Source: Planctomycetia bacterium (GTDB lineage: Bacteria; Planctomycetota; Planctomycetia; Pirellulales; UBA1268). From it: a DNA stretch of 64,000 nucleotides. The DNA is taken from positions 40,879 through 104,878 of the forward strand of contig JAIOPD010000070.1 of assembly GCA_021414115.1 (NCBI GenBank), written 5' to 3'. The position numbers and the translations under genes are program-made. A model generated the notes under the pieces. The model made no database searches and was not told the DNA's origin. It worked only from the letters and a program-made list of their open reading frames with translations. Shown here piece by piece: positions 13,001-20,861 of the stretch (position 1 is its first letter; each line of letters begins with the position of its first letter).

Positions 13001-13134
13001 CGGGCATGAATCTCGAGTGGCCGAAACTGATGCCGTTCGGTCAGTCGCCCGACGCCCCGCCTCCAGGGCCAGGCGGCGGCACGATCGATCCCTTCAAACG
13101 CGCGCGCACGCCGCCGACGCCGCCGACGCCGTAA
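10075..13134 (+). CDS. large secreted hypothetical protein (signal peptide, jelly-roll/CBM-like ends, TIM-barrel-like middle, Pro-rich tail)
   Basis: 1019 aa. Arg-rich N-region plus a hydrophobic core (AAAIAGLMISWAAGPAPG). The segment GVIEIDGLPFFPRSIDWNGEPLGALAALGFNCVRF looks glycoside-hydrolase-like. The C-terminus is PPTPPTP. Function could not be assigned from sequence alone. Confidence 0.7.
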   Translation: MPMLPRTSSLPRSRSLAGRRVFAGRLAAAIAGLMISWAAGPAPGGELVDDFEGAAATWNITPRSGRVAVHERSRQLSHRGAGSERIVVESPGTTPLRFETPLGPAAVIDELRATLWVRASRTDVRLSVRVRFTNWISAKTRQPVEVLVPGTASRDIDRWEMLEVAAIPQGVARQLAALRLEHGPGSDDAATATHLVVEGPPTAGLIEVAIDDLHVMGLLAAHGHATATQAAIRDPAVQPAAAESVVDPPAGLARGVIEIDGLPFFPRSIDWNGEPLGALAALGFNCVRFLEPATGEQLADARRAGLWVVCPPPPIPDVDLREPESLPVLRNWDRVLMWDLGSGLSDTDVDELAERGRRVRACDPRAGRPLIASADSGLRSVSRHIDLLVARKTVLGTSLELVDYLKWLRERPRLARPGTPLLATISTEIDPRAARQAAALAGVGGRGLAVDGESLALAAFSAVAAGTRGILFTSTQRLDGDDREARARATAAREMNLRLQVLEPWGAAGRFAAQAQTSSGEVQAFVMEAARARMVVAWRCVQGSQIVARRYAGSDLPPNESPLTILVPGVPEAHQAWEVAPGGLKPLRQQRVTGGVSVTLDDFMTHAIILFSGDPAVTGHVQDRVRSMAAVELSSARAVASTALASAGDLLGRLPPQALNGPPPVSAVPMLSEAGRLAAEAEAVAASDPSTAVEHLRRAAAIAGQFERRVWENGVKAEGSMVASPLTASDTALAEEWQFVAARGTTVAGPELLQGGRMERIEDLAGGGWRHFARAQPDIRTAVEVSQSKPASGRGCLRLIAKPTSREETPVVVETPPLWITTPPIMAAPGKLLEITAQVLVPEPLAGSVDGLFVFDSLGGPALGERVGTGKAWRRLVLHRIVPPESVGEPVVVTFALTGMGEARIDDVSIRILERGGPTGLPATLVSAPAAPGDPSRGFPSPSDLLASPPLGPAPTVPLPAAATPPPAATAAPAWPGMNLEWPKLMPFGQSPDAPPPGPGGGTIDPFKRARTPPTPPTP

Positions 13135-13167
13135 AGCCCTTCCGGGATGCATCGCTTCATGCGCCCG

Positions 13168-13273
13168 GGAAGCCCGGAGCGCAAGCGACGTGTAAACGGG
13201 TAGAGGCCGCGAACGTGCCGCGGAGCGAGTCGGGGTGGAGGATGTATTCCCCGCGCTCGCGCTTGGGGCTTTC
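13168..13273 (+). repeat. Family-1 rod-hairpin intergenic repeat, copy B
   Basis: GGAAGCCCGGAGCGCAAGCGACGTGTAAAC...GTATTCCCCGCGCTCGCGCTTGGGGCTTTC. Lies in the convergent gap. Its last base is the first base of the plsC stop codon complement (CTA at 13273-13275). Confidence 0.85.
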
Positions 13274-13947
13274 TAGGAGAGAGTCGCACGCGCCCGGGCG
13301 TCGAGGTCGCGGATCCGCTGCGTGCAGACCTCGAAGATTTCCCGCTCGCTCATCGTGGCCACCTCCTCCGTGGTGAGGATCTTGCCGAACTCGACCCGGA
13401 TCCGACCCGGCCGCGGAAAGAGCCGTGTTCGCGGCCAGCATTCGAAGGCCCCCACGATCGCCACCGGCACGACGGGCACCCCAGCTCGCTTGGCCATCAG
13501 GCTGAAGCCGCTCTTGAAGTCTCCAAGCCGGCCGTCGAAGGTCCGCGCGCCCTCGGGAAAGATGATGACCGCCGCACCCCGTTTGAGTCGCTCGATCACG
13601 ATCTTCATCGCGGCGATCACCGATGCGTTGCGATCGATCGGCACTGCGTCGAGCGCCGTGATCACCGCGCCGAAGGGCTTGAACGTGTAGAGCGAACTCC
13701 GCGCCAGGCTCGAGAGGCGGCGGTCGGTCGCGAGGCCGAGCAGCAGCGGGTCGAGATGGCTCTGGTGACTGGAGAGCACGATCAGGCCGCCGTGCGCGGG
13801 CAGCGGCTCGGCGAACCGCGAGCGAAAGCCGAACAGCGACACGCCGAGCGTGCGACAGAGCACCCAGAGCACGGCATAGAGGCACTTGCCGAAGAGACTG
13901 TGCCCGCCGCCGGTCGGCGCCGCGTCGTCGGTGGGCCGCGGCTTCAT
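13273..13947 (-). CDS. plsC: 1-acyl-sn-glycerol-3-phosphate acyltransferase
   Basis: 224 aa. HX4D motif (SSHQSHLD) and FPEGARTFDG motif. Confidence 0.85.
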   Translation of the reverse strand: MKPRPTDDAAPTGGGHSLFGKCLYAVLWVLCRTLGVSLFGFRSRFAEPLPAHGGLIVLSSHQSHLDPLLLGLATDRRLSSLARSSLYTFKPFGAVITALDAVPIDRNASVIAAMKIVIERLKRGAAVIIFPEGARTFDGRLGDFKSGFSLMAKRAGVPVVPVAIVGAFECWPRTRLFPRPGRIRVEFGKILTTEEVATMSEREIFEVCTQRIRDLDARARATLS

Positions 13948-14606
13948 GGCGACCGCGGCCGACGCCGCTCCTCGACGAGCTGTACGAGTCGCTCCACCAC
14001 CTCGTCTGGCGTCAGGCCGTCGGTCTCGACGAGCACCGCATCGTCGGCCGCGTGCATGGCGCCCACCGGTCGCACGCGGTCTCCCTCGTCGCGCCGGTTT
14101 TGTGCGGCGAGCACCGCGTCGAGCGACGTGCCGGCCCCTCGCGAGGCCTCCTCACGGTGCCGGCGGCGGGCCCGCTCCTCCGGCGACGCGGTGAGAAACA
14201 CCTTGAGTTCGGCGTGCGGGAAGACGACCGAGCCCTGGTCGCGGCCCTCGGTGACGACATCGATCCCTGCGGCGAGCCGCCGCTGCAGCCGCTTCATCAC
14301 CTCGCGCACCGGCGGGGCATCGGCCACGGGCCGCGTGGCGGCCGTGATCCGCTCGGTGCGGATCTCGGCGGAGACGTCGCGGTCGTTCACGAAGACGCGG
14401 CCGTCTCGAAACGCGATGGCGAGCGACTCGGCCAGCCGGGCGAGCCGGGCGGCGTCGTCGAGTGGCACGGCCTCTTCGAGCGCGATGAGCGCCAGCACTC
14501 GATACATCGCCCCGGTGTCCATGTACCACCAGCCGAGCCGGGCGGCGAGCGCGCGGGCGGTCGAACTCTTGCCGGCGCCCGCCGGACCGTCGAGCGTGAT
14601 GATCAT
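13944..14606 (-). CDS. cmk: cytidylate kinase
   Basis: The true start is the ATG at 14606 (MIITLDGPAGAGKSSTARALAARLGWWYMDTGAMYR), residue 142 of the track ORF. It has a P-loop. ATGA overlaps occur at both ends (14603-14606 and 13944-13947). Confidence 0.92.
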   Translation of the reverse strand: MIITLDGPAGAGKSSTARALAARLGWWYMDTGAMYRVLALIALEEAVPLDDAARLARLAESLAIAFRDGRVFVNDRDVSAEIRTERITAATRPVADAPPVREVMKRLQRRLAAGIDVVTEGRDQGSVVFPHAELKVFLTASPEERARRRHREEASRGAGTSLDAVLAAQNRRDEGDRVRPVGAMHAADDAVLVETDGLTPDEVVERLVQLVEERRRPRSP

Positions 14607-17137
14607 CCCGCGAATTCCAGATCGAGGTGCAGCCACTGATACCGTTCGAGAGAACCTACGGTGCAGCGGCCCTCGATCGCAACGGTGACGTCGCTGCGGG
14701 GCGCGCCGTCGAGGTCGACGACCACGGCGCTGGCGACCTCGCGGCCCCAGTCCACCCGCACCTCCCCCCCCCGGCCCGCCGCCTCGAGCAGGCCGACGCG
14801 GGCGCCGACGAGCAGCCCCTGGGCGAAGCGGGTGCCGTGGACGGTGACGCGGACATTGGCGGGTGCGGCCGGCAGGCCTGCCGTCAGCGGCGCGTCGGCG
14901 AGCAGCGCGAGAGCCGCATCCCACGGCCGCGCGATGCCGACGCCCACGGCGAACCGCCGGGCAATCACGGCAGCCGCCCCGCCGGCCAGGATCGTGTCGA
15001 GCACGTGCGGGAGCGTGAGCAGGTGCCACGACGCTCCGCCGGTGAGGATCGTCAGCGTGTCCGCGCCGGCATCGAGTCTGGAATGGCCCGACACGACCTC
15101 GATGAAGTGCGGAGCGGTGAACCGCACCCGCTCGGTGGCGATGGACTGCGTGTGCAGGCTGCGGCGCATCTCGATGTCTTCGTTCTCGTGCCAGGCAAAC
15201 CGCGCGGCCACGTGATTTTCGAAGAGCGGACCGGCGAGCGGCCGTTCGAGCCGGATCTCGACGTCGATGACCGCCAGGGGCAGCGCGTCGGCGAGGGCCA
15301 GTCGCTGCGTGAATCGGGCCGCCGTGCCGCCGTCGGCATCGATCAGGCGACCCCGGCTGACGATCGCGTCGCGACCGTCGACGCCCTTCTCGCGGGCCAC
15401 CGTATCGGCCACCATCCGCGTGAACACGCCGCGGTCATCGGGATGCTCCCACACGCCGCCCGTCGTCGCCGCCGACCTGGTGGTGCGAACCGCGAGTTGC
15501 TGCGAGACGCGGTTGCCGCGGTCGGCGGGCCGCCGCAGGGAGAGCAATCCGCCCGTGACGGCATGCGCCTCGGCCCGGATCACGCCGTTCTCGAGCACCA
15601 GCCGTTCGGCGTCGGTGTGACGCGAGCCGAAGAGCCGCCGCGGCAGCCACGATCGCGACGCGGGCCGCGGTGCGGCGCGAGACGGCGCGGGTGCGGCCGA
15701 CGCGGGGACCGCACCCGCCAGGGGCACGGCGGCGGCCACGATCCGCCGCGCCTCCGTGCGTGCGGCGGCGATGGCCTGGTCCACCGGATCGCTGCCCAAG
15801 ACAACTCCGTCGCGCGGCAGCGAGGGAGGAAACGCATCCGGCTCGAGCGACACGGGAGTGCCCGAGCCGGTGGCGCTCTGCACGAGATGGTCGGGCGTGA
15901 CAAACGTGCCCAGGAGGTTCGTCCAGCTGCCGATCCGCCGCAGGAGCGTGTGCCAGCGGCTTGCCGTGCCGGCGTACTGCGCAAAGACGAGGATCGCGAC
16001 GTGCTCGTGGTCGAGGGCGTCGCCGAGCGTCTCGTGGAGAGCGAGCGTTGTGCGGACAGAGCGAGCATCGAGCGGCTGCGACGCCACCATCTCCACGCTC
16101 CCGCCGCCGGCCTCCCAGCGGATGAGGCCCCTGCCCACGTCGGGAAGGGCGGAACCATCGAACAGGCTCCAGATGCCGGCCTTGCAGCCAAGCCCGCCGA
16201 GCACCTGCGGCAAGAGCGCCGTCGCGCCCCCTGCCACGCGGGCAAACATGGCCGGCACCGCCCCGACATGCTCCTTCCAGAGAGCCCGTCCACGCTGGAA
16301 CGACGCGAGCACCTCCTCGGGCGTGCAGCCGTCGAGCGGCCGGTCGTCGTCGCGGCCTCCACACAGGGCGACACGCCCGGTGGCCGCGGCGTCGCGGAGT
16401 CGTTCGAACGCCGCAGGAGAGGCCGCGGCGATCGACGCGATGGCTTCGCCGGTCGCGACCACCGCCACCGGCACGGGCGAGTCGAGCGCGGCGGTGAGTG
16501 CGGCCCCGCTGGTCGTGCCCGAGAGGAGCACAAGATCGACCAGCCAGGAATCGACCGGGTAGTAGCGGCCGCGGGTGGCGGCGAGCGAATCGAAACACTC
16601 GCGCAGCGCGGCGGCGACATCGGCATCGCGACCATCGACCGCTGCGCGGGCCGCCTTGACGACGGCGGCCGGAAACTCCGCCGCCTCGAGGTCGGTGCTC
16701 GACCGCATCCGGCGGGCAAGAAGCTCGGCGAGCAACGACGCCAGCCCGAGCGCCTGAAAATCGGCGCAGTGGGAGTCGCCGGGGAGCGGCCCTTCCGGCA
16801 GGCTATCGGACGCGAGCGCCTCGGCCGCGGCCCGCACGATCGCATCACTCCCCTGGATCCGCCGCACAAACAGCGAACCGGCGGCGGTCAGGGCGTCGAA
16901 CTGCGCGGCGAAGCGGTCGTCCCAGGTCGCCGGCACGATGCCGAGCTGAGGACCGCCGGCCACGGGCAGGTCGATGCTCGCCCAAAGAGGAGGCGCACCG
17001 ACCGCGGCGATCAGGCAGGGATGCCACGCGGCCGTCCACGCGGCCAGCAGATCGTCGGATTCGGCCTCATCCAGCCACGTCGGAAAATCGTCGAGCGTGT
17101 GGCAGGGCAGGAAGACCGTCGTGCGTTCGGGCGGCAT
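14603..17137 (-). CDS. hypothetical protein, 844 aa, translationally coupled to cmk
   Basis: The likely start is the ATG at 17137 (MPPERTTVFLPCHTLDDFPTWL). The long ORF has a normal amino-acid composition. The C-terminal third (LVLENGVIRAEAHAVTGGLLSLRRPADRGNRVSQQLAV) vaguely recalls GH38 C-terminal domains, but no catalytic motif is seen. Confidence 0.6.
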   Translation of the reverse strand: MPPERTTVFLPCHTLDDFPTWLDEAESDDLLAAWTAAWHPCLIAAVGAPPLWASIDLPVAGGPQLGIVPATWDDRFAAQFDALTAAGSLFVRRIQGSDAIVRAAAEALASDSLPEGPLPGDSHCADFQALGLASLLAELLARRMRSSTDLEAAEFPAAVVKAARAAVDGRDADVAAALRECFDSLAATRGRYYPVDSWLVDLVLLSGTTSGAALTAALDSPVPVAVVATGEAIASIAAASPAAFERLRDAAATGRVALCGGRDDDRPLDGCTPEEVLASFQRGRALWKEHVGAVPAMFARVAGGATALLPQVLGGLGCKAGIWSLFDGSALPDVGRGLIRWEAGGGSVEMVASQPLDARSVRTTLALHETLGDALDHEHVAILVFAQYAGTASRWHTLLRRIGSWTNLLGTFVTPDHLVQSATGSGTPVSLEPDAFPPSLPRDGVVLGSDPVDQAIAAARTEARRIVAAAVPLAGAVPASAAPAPSRAAPRPASRSWLPRRLFGSRHTDAERLVLENGVIRAEAHAVTGGLLSLRRPADRGNRVSQQLAVRTTRSAATTGGVWEHPDDRGVFTRMVADTVAREKGVDGRDAIVSRGRLIDADGGTAARFTQRLALADALPLAVIDVEIRLERPLAGPLFENHVAARFAWHENEDIEMRRSLHTQSIATERVRFTAPHFIEVVSGHSRLDAGADTLTILTGGASWHLLTLPHVLDTILAGGAAAVIARRFAVGVGIARPWDAALALLADAPLTAGLPAAPANVRVTVHGTRFAQGLLVGARVGLLEAAGRGGEVRVDWGREVASAVVVDLDGAPRSDVTVAIEGRCTVGSLERYQWLHLDLEFAG

Positions 17138-17193
17138 GGGGGCGAGTGTAGTTGAAGGAGTGTCGTGTCTGATCGGGTCCGCACGCAGGGCGT

Positions 17194-17223
17194 TTGACAC
17201 CCGCCGCAAAGCGTTCGTAAATT
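17194..17223 (+). promoter_or_regulatory. candidate sigma70-like promoter for the pilM operon
   Basis: TTGACA (17194-17199), an 18-nt spacer, then TAAATT (17218-17223), about 90 nt upstream of the pilM ATG. These are A/T-rich hexamers in a GC-rich background. Confidence 0.3.
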
Positions 17224-17315
17224 GGGATTCAGGCGGGAGTTAGCCCGCCGCAGCCTTCTCTTTTTTCCCGGTCTCCCATCAGCCCTTTTCCGCTCCGGGA
17301 ACAGGCTCTTTATAT

Positions 17316-19400
17316 ATGGCTCGCAGCCCGCACGCGTGGGGAATCGACATCGGCAAGTGCGGCCTCAAGGCGCTGCGTTGCCAGGCTTCCCCGACCGAGC
17401 CTCGCAAACTCGTCGCCGACGCGTTCGAGTACATCGAATACCCGATGATGCTCTCCCAGGCCGAGGCCGACCCCGTTGAACTGGTGAGCAGCGCGCTGGA
17501 GGAACTCAAGTCGCGGCACTCCTTCGTGGGCGCCCGCGTGGCCATCGCCGCCCCCGGCCAGGCGGGCCTGACCAAGTTCATCAAGCTCCCGCCGATCGAG
17601 GCCAAGAAGATCCCGGACATCGTCAAGTATGAAGCCAATCAGCAGATCCCGTTTCCACTCGACCAGGTGATCTGGGATTGGCAGCGGCTGGCGACGGGCA
17701 TCGAAGAAGGTGGCTTCGTGATGGACGCCGAGGTGGCCCTGTTCGCGATGAAGCGCGAACAGGTCGCCAAGGCGATGCTGCCGTTGACGACCGCGGGCAT
17801 CGCCGTCGACGTGCTCCAACTGCAGCCGGTGGCCCTGGCCAACATGGTGATGTTCGACCAGCTGCCGGCGCCGTCGACGATCGACCCCGACAGTCCGCCC
17901 GCGTCGATCGTGCTGGTGTCGATCGGCGTCGATTCAACCGACATCGTCGTGACCAACGGCCTGCGGGTCTGGCAGCGGAGCATGTCGATCGGCGGCAGCA
18001 GTTTCACGCGGGCACTCGTGAAGGAGATGAAACACACCTTCGCGAAGGCCGAGCAGGAGAAGCGCAACGCCGTCCGGGCGAGTGATCCGCGGGCTGTCTT
18101 CAAGGCGATGCGGCCGGTGTTCACGGAGTTTGCGGCGGAACTGCAGCGGTCGCTCAACTATTTCACCGGCAGCGACAAGACCGCCACGATCGGCCGGGTA
18201 ATGCTGCTCGGCAACGCCGCGAAGCTCCGTGGCCTGTCCGACTTCGTCGCCAAGCAGTTGCAACTCGACGTGCAGCGGCTCGACAAGTTCAACAATCTCG
18301 AGGGCGCGGCCGTGCTCTCCGCCAACGCCTTCCGCGAAAACCGTCTGGCCTTTGGCACGGCCTACGGCCTCGCGTTGCAGGCCGCGGGCGTTTCCGACCT
18401 GCGGACCAACCTCATCCCGCGCGAGATCGTCCGCGACCGGATCATCGCCGCCAAGAAGCCCTGGGCCGTGGCCGCGATGCTCGGCCTGCTGACCGCGGCG
18501 GTCGTGAACTTCGCCGGCATGTTCCTCGCCTGGCAGACCTACGCACCCGCCACCTACACGCAGGCATTCGCCGCAGCCGACCAGACAAAGACGCGGTCGG
18601 CCGCCGCAGTGTCGGCCCTCGAGACCGTGAAACAGAAGCAGGACGAGTCGGCCTCGTGGCAGCAATACCTCGTGCAGGTGCAGGAGCGGCGGTTCCAGTC
18701 GCTCGACCTGATGCGGGCGGTGGCGTCGCTGTTGCCGCGGGATCCTGACGGCAAGGTTCCCGACGACCCAAGCGACCGTCACGAGATCCACGTCGACAGC
18801 CTCGACATGCAGTACTTCCCCGACCTCGCCACATGGTTCGCCCGCGTTCAGGGCAACTGGGCGGAGACCAAGGCCGAAGCCGGCGTGAAGCCCCCCGCTG
18901 CGCCGGCGGCCGCGACCGACGGCGATTCCGCTCCTGAGGCCACGGCGGAGGGCACCGCGGCCGAGCTGACTGCAGAGCCCACGCCGCAGGGGCCAGGCTG
19001 GGTCGTGCAGATCGTCGGCCACCACTTCCACAATCGCGAGCAGGGCAACGAGGGCGAGCAGTTCCTGCGTTCGAGGTTCGTTCACAACCTGCTCGGGCAG
19101 GGGGATGACGTGCTTGTCAGCGCTGGCGAGAAGTCGGGCGAGCGAGTGCCGGTCGCCGAACTCGGCATCGGCTACCCGGTGATCGTGATGTCGTCGCCCA
19201 TCCGTAAGGTGCAACTGCAGACGGTTCAGCCACCCGCAGGCGGGCCGGCGGTCGCCGCTGGACCGCGTGACGCCGAGCAGTCGTCAGGCACGATCGAACT
19301 CAAGCGCTATGACTTCATCCTGCAGTTCGTCTGGCAGCCCACCGTCCCGGGCTCGAAGGCCCCGCCACCGCCGCCCGCGGCCGAGTCCGCCGTCCCCTGA
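17316..19400 (+). CDS. pilM: type IV pilus assembly protein PilM fused to a PilN-like membrane segment
   Basis: The actin-like ATPase N-half reads WGIDIGKCGLKAL...GLTKFIKLPPIEAKKIPDIVKYEANQQIPFPLDQVIWDWQRL. It is followed by the PilN signature TNLIPREIVRDR and a TM helix (PWAVAAMLGLLTAAVVNFAGMFLAW), then a ~280-aa periplasmic part. Confidence 0.85.
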   Translation: MARSPHAWGIDIGKCGLKALRCQASPTEPRKLVADAFEYIEYPMMLSQAEADPVELVSSALEELKSRHSFVGARVAIAAPGQAGLTKFIKLPPIEAKKIPDIVKYEANQQIPFPLDQVIWDWQRLATGIEEGGFVMDAEVALFAMKREQVAKAMLPLTTAGIAVDVLQLQPVALANMVMFDQLPAPSTIDPDSPPASIVLVSIGVDSTDIVVTNGLRVWQRSMSIGGSSFTRALVKEMKHTFAKAEQEKRNAVRASDPRAVFKAMRPVFTEFAAELQRSLNYFTGSDKTATIGRVMLLGNAAKLRGLSDFVAKQLQLDVQRLDKFNNLEGAAVLSANAFRENRLAFGTAYGLALQAAGVSDLRTNLIPREIVRDRIIAAKKPWAVAAMLGLLTAAVVNFAGMFLAWQTYAPATYTQAFAAADQTKTRSAAAVSALETVKQKQDESASWQQYLVQVQERRFQSLDLMRAVASLLPRDPDGKVPDDPSDRHEIHVDSLDMQYFPDLATWFARVQGNWAETKAEAGVKPPAAPAAATDGDSAPEATAEGTAAELTAEPTPQGPGWVVQIVGHHFHNREQGNEGEQFLRSRFVHNLLGQGDDVLVSAGEKSGERVPVAELGIGYPVIVMSSPIRKVQLQTVQPPAGGPAVAAGPRDAEQSSGTIELKRYDFILQFVWQPTVPGSKAPPPPPAAESAVP

Positions 19401-19421
19401 GCCGCCCGGTCGCCCCACCCT

Positions 19422-20861
19422 ATGCCACAACTCCCCGAACAGATCCGACCGTACGTCGCAGCCCTGGTGAAGTACCACTTCTGGATCCTGGCGCTGATCG
19501 TGCCGCTGGTGCTGGTGCCCTTGCTCTTCATGGGTACGGGCGGAATCGACGCGCTCATTTCCACGCAGAAGTCGCAAATCGAGAGCCGCATCTCGGCGCT
19601 TCGCAGCGTGCAGGGCATCGCCGAGCATCCCAACGAGACGTGGTCGAAGGCCGTCGAGGAACAGACGGTGAAGATCGAGGAGGAGACGTTCGCCGAATGG
19701 ACCCGATTCTGGGAAGAGCAGCAGTTTCTCAGGGTCTGGCCGGCGAAACTCGGTGACGATTTCCTGCGGGCGATCAGCGCCCTCAAGCCCGGCGCGAACC
19801 TCGATCGGCCGCTCCTGCTCCGCTATCAAAACATGGTGCCCGACCTCCTTCGCGAACTTCCGAAGCGCATGGGCGCCGACGACCTGATGGGCGACGCTGC
19901 AGCCGGTGCGTCCGGAGAGATGCAGCCACGCGGCCGCGGGCCGGGATTTGCGGGCGAGATGGGGATGCCCGGCGGGCCGCGGCCCGGAGCCGGCGGAGCC
20001 AGGCCGACCGCGCTGGTCACGTGGCGGGGCGACGACCAGGCCCGGATCGCCGCGACCTTCAAGTGGGACAAGCCGCCATCGACGACACAGGTGCTGTTGG
20101 CGCAGGAGGAGATCTGGATCTACGGGCTGTTCTGCGATGCGATCAAGCGGGCCAATGCATCCGCGGCGGGTGTCTATGACGCACCGATCACCGAAGTAAC
20201 CCAACTTGCCGTCGGCTACCCGGCGGCAGAAGATCAGCCGGGGGGGCAGGGCGGCGCCAGGATTTTTCTGCCCCAAGCCGCGGCCGGCGCCGCTCCCGGA
20301 GCCGGTGAGGAAATGCCGCCCCCGGAAATGGCTGCATCTCCAGAGACGGGGATGCCCGGCGCCGCCGTCGGCCGGCCCGTCCATCCTCGATTCTCGGGCG
20401 GGACCACCGGTGGCCCGGCGCCGCCACCGCCGGGAGAGGGAGATGGAGCGGTCCCGGCGCAGGCCTCGCCCGACGATGCGCTGCGGGAGTGGATCTACGT
20501 GGACTTCACGGGGAAGCCGCTGACCGCGGCCGAACTCGGCGCACTCCCCGCGGCGAAACTGGTGCACCTTGTCCCCTTCACGCTGCGGATGGTCATGGAC
20601 CAGCGGCGGCTCGACGCATTTCTCGCCGACCTGGCCGCGGCACCGATTCCGATCGACGTCCGGCAGGTCCGGATCAATCCCGGGACGATGAGCGGACAGA
20701 TGCAGTCGTCGCCTCAGCCTTCCGACGCGATGGCGAACGGCGAGCGTCCTTTCGACATTGCCCTCGAGCTGCGGGGGACGGTGGGCCTCGCGCCGCGGCC
20801 CGACCGCAAGGCGATTGGTGGCGGCGACGTGACTCCTCCTGGGAATGGGGGCGGCGAATGA
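19422..20861 (+). CDS. hypothetical bitopic membrane protein (PilO-like topology only)
   Basis: 479 aa. N-terminal TM helix (YHFWILALIVPLVLVPLLFMG), then a coiled-coil-like segment and Pro/Gly-rich low-complexity linkers. Starts 21 nt after pilM-N. Confidence 0.7.
   Translation: MPQLPEQIRPYVAALVKYHFWILALIVPLVLVPLLFMGTGGIDALISTQKSQIESRISALRSVQGIAEHPNETWSKAVEEQTVKIEEETFAEWTRFWEEQQFLRVWPAKLGDDFLRAISALKPGANLDRPLLLRYQNMVPDLLRELPKRMGADDLMGDAAAGASGEMQPRGRGPGFAGEMGMPGGPRPGAGGARPTALVTWRGDDQARIAATFKWDKPPSTTQVLLAQEEIWIYGLFCDAIKRANASAAGVYDAPITEVTQLAVGYPAAEDQPGGQGGARIFLPQAAAGAAPGAGEEMPPPEMAASPETGMPGAAVGRPVHPRFSGGTTGGPAPPPPGEGDGAVPAQASPDDALREWIYVDFTGKPLTAAELGALPAAKLVHLVPFTLRMVMDQRRLDAFLADLAAAPIPIDVRQVRINPGTMSGQMQSSPQPSDAMANGERPFDIALELRGTVGLAPRPDRKAIGGGDVTPPGNGGGE

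Noticed and set aside
10096-13152. 1018-aa minus-strand ORF mirror-imaging the 1019-aa plus-strand gene
   Set aside because: It is extremely Arg/Gly/His/Pro-rich (RRRRRRRRARAFEG...) and is a high-GC antisense artefact. The plus-strand frame has a signal peptide and a balanced composition.
14764-14772. C9 homopolymer as a phase-variation site
   Set aside because: It lies inside the 844-aa coding frame, where it simply encodes Gly-Gly-Gly on the minus strand (GRGGE). There is no evidence of frame disruption.
14627-17155. 842-aa plus-strand ORF
   Set aside because: It is antisense to the 844-aa gene, which is translationally coupled (ATGA) to cmk. Its composition is Arg/Gly/His-rich with no motif.
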